Source: Candidatus Uhrbacteria bacterium (lineage in GTDB: Bacteria > Patescibacteriota > Patescibacteriia > GWA2-47-26). From it: a stretch of DNA of 64,000 bases. Where the stretch lies: the NCBI GenBank assembly GCA_016187515.1, contig JACPJN010000009.1, forward strand, positions 4,891 to 68,890. The letters run 5' to 3'. Made by a program: the position numbers and the translations under genes. Below, in pieces: positions 41,080 through 51,077 of the stretch (position 1 is its first letter; each line of letters begins with the position of its first letter). The notes beneath the pieces are model-generated. The model was not told where the DNA came from and made no database searches. It saw only the letters and a list, made by a program, of their open reading frames with translations.

Positions 41080-42495
41080 TTACAAATAAATCCTAAATTT
41101 CAAATCCCAAACTTTTGTAATTTGTGTTTTGGTGCTTGGAATTTCCTTGTGTTTTGGTGCTTGGAATTTGGAATTTGCGCGTGGCTCATTCAAAAGTCGC
41201 ACCGCATCTATTACTCCCCCGCCAACCACCCGCTCGCCCTCATAAAACACAATGGATTGTCCGGGGGCAACGGCGCGTTGAGGTTCAGCGAATGTAACTC
41301 GGCAAAAAGTTCCATACTTGGAACTATGGAACTTTTGTTCCATACTAGCATACTCGCTAATATGATAGTATTCTAAACTTGTCAATTGTGCACGATAGCG
41401 AGTACGTGCCATAAGGCGCGCGCCATCTGGTGGTCTCTCACCTATCCACCTGACACCTGACACCTGACACCTGAACGTGCGATATTTTTGCTCCTCTGAC
41501 TCATGCGCCACAATAAGCACATTGCGTGCCATGTCCTTTTCCACCACGAAATATGGCCCGGTACCGCCTAGTTTTGTGCCATGCCGCTGGCCAATCGTAA
41601 AATGCGCCAGGCCGTCGTGAAAGCCAAGTAACGTTCCATGGACATCAATGATGGGGCCGGTCTTTCGGACCCCTCCTAACCTCCCCTTGGTAAGGGGAGG
41701 AAATTGTTTGGCGATTTCTCCCCCTCCCCGAGGGGGAGTTAGAGGGGGTCCGTCCTCCACACCGTACAAAAACTCCTTCAACTCAATTTTCCCCAAAAAA
41801 CAAACGCCCTGGCTGTCTTTTTTATTCCAATTATGCAAGCCGAATTGGCGCGCGAGTGCCCGCACTTGCGGTTTGGTATACTCGCCAATTGGAAACAGCA
41901 CGTGCCTCAACTGCTCCTGCGTAAGTCGCCAGAGGAAATAGGATTGATCTTTGTTCTGATCGACCGCTGTGTACAATTGACATAACTCCCCCTCCCCCCC
42001 TCTTAACTTAAGAGGGGGTTCCGCTCGATCTCCTCCCCTTAAGATAAGGGGAGGTTGGGAGGGGTTATGAATCCTGGCATAATGTCCAGTGGCTACAAAG
42101 TCATACCCGGCTGCAAGAGCGCGCTCCAGTCCAACCCCGAATTTTATCTCCGAATTGCAAAGCACGTCCGGGTTCGGCGTCCGGCCGGCGGCATACTCGG
42201 AATAAAAATTCTGGAGCACCCGCGCCTTATATTCCGCTGTCACATCCCAAACCTGAAGCGGAATACCTAATTTTGCCGCCACCTGCGCCGCGTCCCGCAT
42301 CTCTTGCGCCCAACACGGATCGCCAATTCCGTGGTGTTCCGTCTCAAGTTCCGTGGTGTTCCGTGATTCATACAACTTCAAATACACCCCGGCCACCTCA
42401 TATCCTTGCGCACACAGAAGCGCCGCGGCTACCGAGGAATCCACCCCGCCGGACATCAGAGCTAAAACTTTCTTTTTGTAAACCCTATCGGTCAT
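41080..42495 (-). CDS. mnmA: tRNA 2-thiouridylase MnmA with several repeat insertions
   Basis: MSGGVDSSV, GRTPNPDVLCN, DSQGVCF. Confidence 0.96.
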   Translation of the reverse strand: MTDRVYKKKVLALMSGGVDSSVAAALLCAQGYEVAGVYLKLYESRNTTELETEHHGIGDPCWAQEMRDAAQVAAKLGIPLQVWDVTAEYKARVLQNFYSEYAAGRTPNPDVLCNSEIKFGVGLERALAAGYDFVATGHYARIHNPSQPPLILRGGDRAEPPLKLRGGEGELCQLYTAVDQNKDQSYFLWRLTQEQLRHVLFPIGEYTKPQVRALARQFGLHNWNKKDSQGVCFLGKIELKEFLYGVEDGPPLTPPRGGGEIAKQFPPLTKGRLGGVRKTGPIIDVHGTLLGFHDGLAHFTIGQRHGTKLGGTGPYFVVEKDMARNVLIVAHESEEQKYRTFRCQVSGVRWIGERPPDGARLMARTRYRAQLTSLEYYHISEYASMEQKFHSSKYGTFCRVTFAEPQRAVAPGQSIVFYEGERVVGGGVIDAVRLLNEPRANSKFQAPKHKEIPSTKTQITKVWDLKFRIYL

Positions 42496-42545
42496 ATAAG
42501 TCCTATACGACCCATTCTAACAAATTCTTCAAAAAAAGAAAAGAG

Positions 42546-42580
42546 GTGCGCGGATACGGTTCTCACCGTATCCGCGCACC
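42546..42580 (-). terminator. Intrinsic terminator of the orphan gene
   Basis: GTGCGCGGATACGG-TTCTCA-CCGTATCCGCGCAC followed by a U-tract on the minus strand. Confidence 0.8.
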
Positions 42581-42598
42581 CCGTAAGGTGCTCTCTCG

Positions 42599-44317
42599 CT
42601 AGCGGCCGTTCCGGGCCGCCCGCTTGGCCGCATCCTTGGCGGCCTTCTTCTCCTCGCTGGTCATTCCGCCCCCACCCTTCTTGTCCTCCGCCGGCTTGAC
42701 GCGCGAATTCGAATTCCGCACGTTCGCCCTGGCCGCCGCGATTTTGCGCTCCGTGTTGCGGCCCCTCTTCTTGCACCGACCGCAGATTCCCGCCGCGATC
42801 GCGGCCAAACCGGCCTCGTCCGTGGCCGCCATGTTGAGCGGCGCGCCACCATTGCTTCGCGCGTAGAGCTGGCCCACCTTGCATCCGCATTCCGCGCAAG
42901 GCCTGCCCCGCTCCTCCCGCTCCGCGGTCCCGTTCCGCTTGGTCCCCTTCATCCGCTCCTGCCAGGCCTGGGGCCAATGGGCCGTGTAGTGCTGAATCAC
43001 CTGCCCGCGGAACCACGCCAGCGACTTGGCCAGCGCGCCGTGCATCAGGCAGTCCTTGGCCGCCTTCTTGGCCTGCTTGTTTCCCTCGGTTCCGTGGCGC
43101 AGGGCGTCTTCGTCGCTCACTCCCTCGGGCTTGTGGTCGCGAAGGAGCTGCGACCACGGCCCTCCGGTCTCATCCAGCGCCTTGTCACAGGCAAAGTGGT
43201 CCGGAAAATCCGCAACCGCGAAATTCAGGTCCGCCCGGGGATGGGGCGCGCCCGAAACCTCGGGTCGGGCATTGCAGGCCACCTGGATGCCGCCGGAACG
43301 AACCGACTCGCCAGAGCTGGCCGGCGCCGCGGTCGTCCGGACCGGCGCCGCGGAGGAGGCCGGCATTGCGGGACCCACCGGCGGGGCCTTGTATCCCAGC
43401 TTGGCCAGAAACTCGTCCAGCGTGGCCTTGGCCGCGCGCCGCTTGGCCTCCGCCGCCTCCTTCGCCGCCTCCGCCGCCTCCTTGGTCTTCTGCTCCTCGG
43501 CGCGCCTAAGCGCGGCCTCGGCCTCATTGACGTGCCGAAGCGCGCGCGCAAACTGCGCGTTCTGGAGCGCCGCAGTGTCCTTGTCCAAGTCCCCCTGCGT
43601 CACGAACTCCTTGATCCGGTTCTGGGCCTGCAGCACAGTGGCCCGGGCCTCGTCCAACTCCGCCTGGGTCTTGCCCAAGAAGAGGTTGTTCGGATCCGGC
43701 TCGCTCGCGGTTTCCTCCGCACTATCATCACGATCCTCGCCATCCGTGCGCGCGCCATCCGTGCCGATACCGGCCGCCGGCGCCGCCTCCTTGGCCTTGG
43801 CCTTCTCGGCTTCCTGGCCCGCCTTCCGAGCCGCGACCCAGGTGCGATGCCGCGACGCCCACTCGCGCGTTTTTTCCAGACGCTCAGCGCGGGAGGTCAT
43901 TTCTTCTTCCGCCCCGCGCTTGCGCCAATCCTCTTCCCCATCCTCCGCGGTCTGCTCGGCCACGTCGCCGTCGCGCACTTCGGCGTTTCGCAAGGTGCGC
44001 GACAAGTAGTACCACTGGCACCTCTTGCCCCCCGTCTTGTCCGAGTCCGCGCCGGCGTCAAAATCGAGACGCAAACGCGAGAGCACGGCCTTGCCATGCG
44101 CGTGGCAGAAAACCAAGGGACCGATCGTTGCCATCGGGTCCTTGCCATGCTCCGGCTGGCCCGCGACCGCACAGTCCTGGATGGCGCAAAAGTACGCGCC
44201 GCCTTCGTCCTGGTACTGGTAAAGCGCGAGCTGGTCCCGGGTGGGCAACTTTGCCCAAAGCGCGCCCCGCGCCAAAAGCGCGGCCGCGTCGTCTTCGGAA
44301 AACTTCGTCGGGGTCAT
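42599..44317 (-). CDS. GC-rich orphan protein with Cys/His motifs and a coiled coil
   Basis: AGGAGGT RBS, promoter TTGACA-17-TATCCT (44441-44413), terminator; CAECGC, CGRC. Confidence 0.7.
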   Translation of the reverse strand: MTPTKFSEDDAAALLARGALWAKLPTRDQLALYQYQDEGGAYFCAIQDCAVAGQPEHGKDPMATIGPLVFCHAHGKAVLSRLRLDFDAGADSDKTGGKRCQWYYLSRTLRNAEVRDGDVAEQTAEDGEEDWRKRGAEEEMTSRAERLEKTREWASRHRTWVAARKAGQEAEKAKAKEAAPAAGIGTDGARTDGEDRDDSAEETASEPDPNNLFLGKTQAELDEARATVLQAQNRIKEFVTQGDLDKDTAALQNAQFARALRHVNEAEAALRRAEEQKTKEAAEAAKEAAEAKRRAAKATLDEFLAKLGYKAPPVGPAMPASSAAPVRTTAAPASSGESVRSGGIQVACNARPEVSGAPHPRADLNFAVADFPDHFACDKALDETGGPWSQLLRDHKPEGVSDEDALRHGTEGNKQAKKAAKDCLMHGALAKSLAWFRGQVIQHYTAHWPQAWQERMKGTKRNGTAEREERGRPCAECGCKVGQLYARSNGGAPLNMAATDEAGLAAIAAGICGRCKKRGRNTERKIAAARANVRNSNSRVKPAEDKKGGGGMTSEEKKAAKDAAKRAARNGR

Positions 44318-44486
44318 TGGCCACCTCCTTAGGTGGTTTTTTGTGCGGTGATGATGAAAAGTGCTTCAAAATCGGCGCACCGCATCCTTAAACGCCAATT
44401 CTGCATAAGTGCAGGATAACACAAAAAGACGGGTTTGTCAAGCCCGGCAGTATGAAAATTCGATTTTAGGAACTACCCCGGTAAAA

Positions 44487-46367
44487 TCACTCAAAACTAA
44501 GGTCGGATTCCGCCGGAGTTGCCGGCGGCTGATGTTCTGGGGCGGAAGACGGAGCGCCGGGGCTTGGCGCTCTATTTTGTCCAATACTTAATCCGGCGCT
44601 TTGCTGTTCTTTTCTCCGGCGCCGGCGGCGCCGCCGCTTTTTAGCGCTATCTGACATTCCGGGCACAGTACTGGTAAGCGGCGCGGGGATTCCCGACGCT
44701 CCCCCGGGAGGGGGTAAGGGCGGCGCCGAGATAAGCGGACGCGGATGAATTGACGGGCCGGCCTTGAGCGGCATTGGCCTTTGCCGCAGCGCTTCGCTAA
44801 GCGAGATCGGCCGCACTTCCGGCGCTACTTTTGCGACCGGCATCGTCGCCGCAATTTCAATTCTCTCTTTTCCACCCCTGCGGTATGCCTCCTGGCGCTG
44901 CATCCGAGCAGCATCGGGAGCGCCCCGCACCAGAGCCACAGCGCCAGAGCGGAGCTCGGTACTGGGCGCAGCAAGCTCGGTGCGGGGCAGGTCTGCCGAG
45001 GACCCTTGCGGCTGCGAGGGTGCAGCGCCAGGGGGCATACCCATCTCCTCTTCCCCGCTATCCACGCCGCTCCAGCGCATCACTTTTTCCTCGATCACGG
45101 CGACCTCGGCCGCGTAGCGCTCGCGCGAGACGCGAATAATTTTATCGCGGTGGCCTTGAAACTGCGCGACCGGCGGCAAAGTGGTCGCGGAAAACGGATT
45201 GGAAGTAACTCCGTCAATCATGAGTTTTAGATAAATGTCGTATTTCGTGAGATTAACCATATCCTCCTCAATAAAATGCGGCGCGAATTCTTTGGCCACA
45301 AACTCCGCGTCCTCCGCGCCGATGCGGAAGATTACCATGGTGCCCACGTTGCCGAACACCGCGTCCCGAACTTTGGTTGAAATATCCGTAACCAGCTGTC
45401 CGATATATTGGTGCGCGACAATCAAATTCAGCCGGTATTTTCTGGCCTCCGACAAAATATTGGCAAATGATTCCGTGGCAAAATTCTGAAATTCGTCAAC
45501 ATAGAGATAAAAATCCCGGCGCTCCGTCTCGGGAATATCCACCCGCTCCATCGCCGCCAGCTGTATTTTGGTAATCAGCATTCCGCCCAACAGCCGCGAA
45601 GTATCTTCTCCCAGCCGCCCCTTTGCGAGATTCATGATAAAAATCTTGCCGCTATCCATAAACTCGCGGGGATTGATGGTGGATTTGACCTGCGCGACGA
45701 TATTGCGAATTACCGAGGCGGAAAGAAACTGCCCGACTTTATTTTGAATCGGCTGGATCGCTTCATTGCGAAAACGCGCTTCCCAAACCTGATATTCATC
45801 CACCCAAAAGGCCTTGACAATCGGGTCTTTGATCTTGGCCACCACGCGCTTGCGGAAATTCTTGTCCACGAGCAAGCGATTAATCCCCAGGAGTGTTGAA
45901 CCGGGAAAATCCAAAAGCGCCAAAATGCAGTTGTTCAAAATATGCTCCATGCGCGCGCTCCAGACGTCCGGCCAAATTTTCTTAAACACCCCCATGAGCC
46001 CTTGGGCCACCAAATGCTTGTGCAAGGGATTAACGGTCTCCAGCACATTAAACGCCACTGGGAAGTCCGCGTCGGCCGGATTAAAATACACGACATCATT
46101 AATGCGGTGCTGGGGAATGTAATCCAGCAATTTATCCGCCATATCGCCGTGCGGGTCCACCACCCCGACCCCATGGCCGGCGACAATATCGTTGATAATC
46201 AGATTCTCGAGCGCGGTGGTCTTGCCCATTCCGGTTTTCCCAATAAGATACATGTGCCGGCGGCGGTCATCGGTTTTAATGCCAAATTTCCGCTTTTGAT
46301 TGCGAAAATTAGTCATCGCAAAGCAATTGATCTCGTTCTCGTGATCGTGGTCGTAAGTAATCGGCAT
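44487..46367 (-). CDS. VirD4/TraG/HerA-like P-loop ATPase (type IV coupling protein-like)
   Basis: GKTGMGKT, VDPHGD, YVDEFQNF, SEARKY. Confidence 0.88.
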   Translation of the reverse strand: MPITYDHDHENEINCFAMTNFRNQKRKFGIKTDDRRRHMYLIGKTGMGKTTALENLIINDIVAGHGVGVVDPHGDMADKLLDYIPQHRINDVVYFNPADADFPVAFNVLETVNPLHKHLVAQGLMGVFKKIWPDVWSARMEHILNNCILALLDFPGSTLLGINRLLVDKNFRKRVVAKIKDPIVKAFWVDEYQVWEARFRNEAIQPIQNKVGQFLSASVIRNIVAQVKSTINPREFMDSGKIFIMNLAKGRLGEDTSRLLGGMLITKIQLAAMERVDIPETERRDFYLYVDEFQNFATESFANILSEARKYRLNLIVAHQYIGQLVTDISTKVRDAVFGNVGTMVIFRIGAEDAEFVAKEFAPHFIEEDMVNLTKYDIYLKLMIDGVTSNPFSATTLPPVAQFQGHRDKIIRVSRERYAAEVAVIEEKVMRWSGVDSGEEEMGMPPGAAPSQPQGSSADLPRTELAAPSTELRSGAVALVRGAPDAARMQRQEAYRRGGKERIEIAATMPVAKVAPEVRPISLSEALRQRPMPLKAGPSIHPRPLISAPPLPPPGGASGIPAPLTSTVPGMSDSAKKRRRRRRRRKEQQSAGLSIGQNRAPSPGAPSSAPEHQPPATPAESDLSFE

Positions 46368-46461
46368 AGGTTGAAGTTATTAGTTATTGAGTTATTCAGT
46401 TATTGAGTAACTCATACTGATCCGCCATACTTAATAACCTAATAACTTAATAACACTTAAC

Positions 46462-47862
46462 TCATCCCACCGGCAGATTATCCGGCGTCTCTCCTCGGAC
46501 TTCGGACTGCGCGGCGCGGGGGCGGTGGTGCGGGGAGGCGGGACTGGGAAGTTCATAAGGGGGCTCGCCCCGTTTGCTTTCGGCTTTTTTAACCAGCGGC
46601 GTTTTTACCGATTCGGCAACCGGGAAATGCCAGATCGTCGCGAGTTCCTCGACATTCAGGATATAACCGCGCATTCCGCGCCAATTACTGCGGAATTTAT
46701 ACGCGCGCATCACTTTCACCTTGCGCCAATTCTTGCGCATCTCTTTCCAAAGATATTTCGTATGGGTACCAACTTTTTTCAGCTCGGGCTTAAGCGAATT
46801 CATGTCTTCGGTGTTCAACTGTTTTATCGCGCCAATCAGTCCATAAACCGCGCGCGGTTTGCTGAAAATCTCGTGGCGCGCCAGATATACGGCACGAATT
46901 TTAGTATGAAATCCAAGCTTGGCCGCTTTGTCCTCCAGCGCTTGGATAACTTCGCGCTCTCCCGGCGTAAGATAGAGCATCTTGGAGGGCAGCTCCTCTT
47001 TAATTTTCGCGGTGTGTTCCGGATTGCCGGGCAAAAACGCGTCAATAATCATTGCGCCGACATGCCCGGGAATCGTCAGCACTCGGTCCAGCACGCTCGG
47101 TTTGTGCTCGGAAGGTATTCCGGCCAGCTTCTCCACCACGCGATAACATTCCTCCTGCCAACTGCGCGACTTAATCGGGGTGATAATCAATTGCAGCCAC
47201 AACTGCTCTCCCTCCCGCAGCGAACTCATGGTCTCGAGCAGCGCGGCCATCGGATCTTTGTAAGTCGCCTCCTCGGAAGTTTCGTCATGAAAATCCTCCC
47301 AGGTGCGAATCGGATAAGCAAAATGTTTGGCCAAAATAAATTCCGTACCCCACATATCCCATTGCGCGTCGGGAAAATGCGTTGGCGCGTCTTTGGTATA
47401 ATCCTCCACTTCGGTAATTTCGGCCGCCGGATATTGCGCGTAAATCGCCGCTTCCGCCAAGTCGCGGTTCTTGATCGTCGAATACACAAAGAATCGAATA
47501 AAACCGTTGATGCTCGCGATCTCCAAACTGAAAAATGGTTGGGCGTGCCCGGTAAAGTATTTCTGAATAAAGTTGGCTGTGGTATGCGCGCCGGCCAGAT
47601 GCGCCATGATATTTTCCACGGCGCGAGGGGTCTGGATATTCTCGCGCGGCACATCCACCGCCAAAAGCACCCAACTCCACTCATTTTGCTTTTTCCTGGT
47701 AATGTGCAAAAGCCACCACCATTTGAATCCGATTAAGAGCGCGATCAAAATCACGATCCAGCCCCCGCGGATAAACATAAACCAAGCCACGGCCAAGGGG
47801 TTGCCGGCGGCCGCGGCGAGAAACTGCGTAAAATCAAGAGTTATGGGTCCGAGTTGCAACAT
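46462..47862 (-). CDS. Membrane-anchored protein, likely partner of the VirD4-like ATPase
   Basis: N-terminal TM helix; FSLEIAS, AIYAQYP.AEI, LNVEELATIWHFP. Confidence 0.75.
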   Translation of the reverse strand: MLQLGPITLDFTQFLAAAAGNPLAVAWFMFIRGGWIVILIALLIGFKWWWLLHITRKKQNEWSWVLLAVDVPRENIQTPRAVENIMAHLAGAHTTANFIQKYFTGHAQPFFSLEIASINGFIRFFVYSTIKNRDLAEAAIYAQYPAAEITEVEDYTKDAPTHFPDAQWDMWGTEFILAKHFAYPIRTWEDFHDETSEEATYKDPMAALLETMSSLREGEQLWLQLIITPIKSRSWQEECYRVVEKLAGIPSEHKPSVLDRVLTIPGHVGAMIIDAFLPGNPEHTAKIKEELPSKMLYLTPGEREVIQALEDKAAKLGFHTKIRAVYLARHEIFSKPRAVYGLIGAIKQLNTEDMNSLKPELKKVGTHTKYLWKEMRKNWRKVKVMRAYKFRSNWRGMRGYILNVEELATIWHFPVAESVKTPLVKKAESKRGEPPYELPSPASPHHRPRAAQSEVRGETPDNLPVG

Positions 47863-47887
47863 ACTGGATTGGACCAGTATACCACAC

Positions 47888-48778
47888 TTACCGCCGGTTC
47901 TGCCATCGGTACCACGTAACCAGTAGCGGCGCGGCAATAAATATCGAGGAATAGGTTCCAAAAAATATGCCGATAAGCAGCGCCAGCGAGAAATCACGCA
48001 GTGACGCGCCGCCAAAGAAGAAAATCGCGAGCAGAGCCATCATCGTCGTAGCCGAGGTGTTGACGGATCGGGTGATGGTTTGGTGCACGGATACTTCCAC
48101 CACTTCCTCAAAAGTGCCGCGCACCCGCTTGAGATTCTCGCGCACCCGATCCAGCACGACGATCGTATCGGCAATCGAATATCCTAAAATGGTGAGTATC
48201 GCCGCGATAAACGAACTCCCCACCTCCCAGCCCTTAAAATAACCCAACAGCGAAAACAATCCCAGCGGGATGATCACATCATGAAGAAACGCGACAATGA
48301 CAATCAAACCGTATTTCCAAGACGCAATCGGACGGCTTACTTTTCTAAATGACCAGGCCAGATACCCCAGAATCATGAGCGCAACCAGGAAAACCGCCAC
48401 CAGCGATTTCCGGAAAAGCTCTTTGCCCACGCTTGGCCCGATTGAACTAAAACGCGCCTCTTCCGCTCCGGGAAAATCCGCGCGAATTTTGCCGATAATT
48501 TCCTGGTGCTTTTCTTCCGTAACCGGCGCGAAACGCAAAACCAGGGTCTGGCCCTCGCCTTGTTGAACGGCCGGCGCGCCCACCGTAAGCGTTTCAAAAA
48601 GCGCGCCCAGCTCCTCGCGCGCCGACGGCGGATCATTTGCAAATTTCACTTCCAAAAGCGACCCGCCGGTAAAATCAATTCCGGGCTTGAGGCCCCAAAT
48701 CAACAGCGCCAAAAGGGAAAGCCCGACTAGCGCGCCGGATAAGCTGAACCAAATTTTCCGATTGGGGATTATTTGCAT
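47888..48778 (-). CDS. secF: Protein translocase subunit SecF
   Basis: GIDFTGGS, GYSIADTIVVLDRVREN. Confidence 0.96.
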   Translation of the reverse strand: MQIIPNRKIWFSLSGALVGLSLLALLIWGLKPGIDFTGGSLLEVKFANDPPSAREELGALFETLTVGAPAVQQGEGQTLVLRFAPVTEEKHQEIIGKIRADFPGAEEARFSSIGPSVGKELFRKSLVAVFLVALMILGYLAWSFRKVSRPIASWKYGLIVIVAFLHDVIIPLGLFSLLGYFKGWEVGSSFIAAILTILGYSIADTIVVLDRVRENLKRVRGTFEEVVEVSVHQTITRSVNTSATTMMALLAIFFFGGASLRDFSLALLIGIFFGTYSSIFIAAPLLVTWYRWQNRR

Positions 48779-48806
48779 ATTGAGTCGTCAGACATCAGTC
48801 CACAGT

Positions 48807-50939
48807 TCACTGTCGACTGTGAACTGATGTCTGTGAACTTCGAACGCGCGTACCATACCACCCGGCTCCCTGCACATGCGGCGCGACCAAGCGTAAAAAT
48901 ATCCGCGTTACCGTAATCGCGGAAAACAGCGACATGACTACTCCGATTGAAAGGGTCAATCCAAAACCCTTGACGAGCGAGGTTGAAAACCAAAACATAA
49001 TCAGCGCTCCAAAAAGCGTGGTCAAATGGCTATCGCGGATTGAAGGCCACGCGCGCTTAAAGGCCTCCTCGCTCGCGCTAGCGACATTTTTACCGGCGCG
49101 CAACTCTTCTTTAAGCCGCTCAAATTGCAAGACATTCGCATCCACCGCCATCCCCACCGAAAGAATAAATCCGGCAATGCCCGAAAGCGTCAGCGTAACC
49201 GGTATGAATTTAAATAAAGTCAGGACGATGGCGGTATAGATAAACAGCGCCAATACCGCGAGCACCCCGGCCAGCCGATAATAAAGCATCATAAAGAGCG
49301 CCACCAGCGCAAAACCGATCAGTCCGGCTTTAAGCGAGGCCGCGATGGATACCGCGCCTAAACTGGCGCCCACGGTTTGCTGGCTGACCAGTCGAATCGG
49401 CACGGGCAAGGCCCCGGCGTTAAGCCGTTGGGCCAAAAGTTTGGCCTCGGCAATGGTAAAACTTCCGGTAATCACCGCGCGGCCGTCCAAAATCGGGGTT
49501 TGCACGCTGGGGATGGAGATCGGCGCGCCATCCAAGAAGATCCCGACTGGTTTACCGACATTGCGCGAAGTAATATCCGCGAAGAATTGTTTCCCCTCCT
49601 CATTAAATTCCAGACCAACCTGCGGGAAATTGGTTTGCGGGTCAAACTGCATTGCCGCGCGGGTCAAATGCTTTCCGGAAAGCTGGGTGTTTTTCCAAGG
49701 ATCCGGCGGCGGAAGATAATCCGCTTCGGTTTTCTGTCTAAACAAAATGCGCGCGACATTATACGCCTTGACTGGCCGCTCTTCGATTCTCCGAATCAGG
49801 TGAAATCCAAATTGGGTTTCCACCGGGTCGGAAATGGCACCGTTACCAAGCGCGAAAACCGCGTCCTCAAACGGCTTGACCATGGCGCCTTTGGGAAAAA
49901 ATCCCAAATCCCCGCTGCGCTCGGCCGCTCCGGGTTCGGTCGAATTTTCTCGCGCCAATTTTTCAAAATTATCCGCGGCCGCGATTTTTTTAAGCTCCTC
50001 GATTTTGGCGCGCGCGTCATCCTTGGAAGTATCGCGATCGCAGAACTCGGCGCCTCTAAAACAAATTAAAATGTGCTGGGCATGCACCTCCATGCCGCGA
50101 TCCTCCGCGCTATTGACGCGCACGATATTTAAGCCCTCGCGGGTTTTGAGCGGCTCCAGCCCGATTTTGCCCGGACCTTGCGCGTCCGCGAAGCTCCAAA
50201 GCTCGCCATACGCGCTATCGCGGGTAATCAGACCTAAACTGCCGCCGACATCTTTCGTGGCCAAATCATCGGAATATTTTTTGGCCAGCGCCATGAAATC
50301 AACCTCCTCCTGGCTCTTCAGTTCGGCCAGCGCTTGATCCAGCCGCTGGCGCGAGTTGCGGTTATACTCCTCCAGGTCTTTTTTCTCCTCGGCCGTAAGC
50401 GCGCGCTGCGGCTCGGGATTGGCTTCTTCTTTAAATTCCAATACCGGCGTCTCCCCGATCTGCGCGATAGCTTCCTTAACGTCTTTAACTCCGGCCAACT
50501 CCACGACCAGCCGCCAGGTATCGCCGGTGCGCGCGGTCTGGACCACTGGTTCAGCCACCCCGAACAAATTTACCCGCCGTTCAATCACATCGCGCACGCC
50601 TTCCATGGCCGTATCGCGATCAACTGAAGAGATCTGCGCAAGATCCGCCTCATAGACCAAATGCGCTCCGCCGGCCAAATCCAAACCGAGCTGAAATGGC
50701 CGACCGGTGAGATGGCCCAGGCGTACTGCCTGCGCTTGCCGAAAGCCCCAGATATTGATCGGCGGCAACTTTTCTATCCCGCTATTTACTCGGTCAGCGC
50801 CAAAATTCCACGCTTGTGGATAAGCCAGTACCCCAGTCACCAGCGCCAATACCAACACAAAAAATAGGGTCCAGCGCAATTTTCCGCGCGGACTGGGATT
50901 CATCAGACCTTTCCACAACCGTTTGAACATAGTTGCCAA
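48807..50939 (-). CDS. secD: SecD with inserted parvulin (PpiC) domains
   Basis: LGLDLAGG, GMAVDANVL; HILI...GDLGFF.KGAMVKPFE...ETQFGFHLI. Confidence 0.95.
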   Translation of the reverse strand: MATMFKRLWKGLMNPSPRGKLRWTLFFVLVLALVTGVLAYPQAWNFGADRVNSGIEKLPPINIWGFRQAQAVRLGHLTGRPFQLGLDLAGGAHLVYEADLAQISSVDRDTAMEGVRDVIERRVNLFGVAEPVVQTARTGDTWRLVVELAGVKDVKEAIAQIGETPVLEFKEEANPEPQRALTAEEKKDLEEYNRNSRQRLDQALAELKSQEEVDFMALAKKYSDDLATKDVGGSLGLITRDSAYGELWSFADAQGPGKIGLEPLKTREGLNIVRVNSAEDRGMEVHAQHILICFRGAEFCDRDTSKDDARAKIEELKKIAAADNFEKLARENSTEPGAAERSGDLGFFPKGAMVKPFEDAVFALGNGAISDPVETQFGFHLIRRIEERPVKAYNVARILFRQKTEADYLPPPDPWKNTQLSGKHLTRAAMQFDPQTNFPQVGLEFNEEGKQFFADITSRNVGKPVGIFLDGAPISIPSVQTPILDGRAVITGSFTIAEAKLLAQRLNAGALPVPIRLVSQQTVGASLGAVSIAASLKAGLIGFALVALFMMLYYRLAGVLAVLALFIYTAIVLTLFKFIPVTLTLSGIAGFILSVGMAVDANVLQFERLKEELRAGKNVASASEEAFKRAWPSIRDSHLTTLFGALIMFWFSTSLVKGFGLTLSIGVVMSLFSAITVTRIFLRLVAPHVQGAGWYGTRVRSSQTSVHSRQ

Positions 50940-51077
50940 CCCGTAACCCCTTTCCCCGCCTCCCCTTATCCCAAGGGGAGGAGACGATACGATTCCCCCT
51001 CTTAAAATAAGAGGGGGTAGGGGGAGTTATGAAACCTTAATTGCCTCACTATACTCCACCGCTAAAAATCCTGCAAG

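Noticed and set aside
42977-44332. Long plus-strand ORFs (451 and 327 aa)
   Set aside because: Antisense to the gene that has promoter, RBS and terminator; high-GC artefact
44487-47862. Conjugative element
   Set aside because: No relaxase, VirB4 or other mating-pair genes nearby; lies directly downstream of secDF
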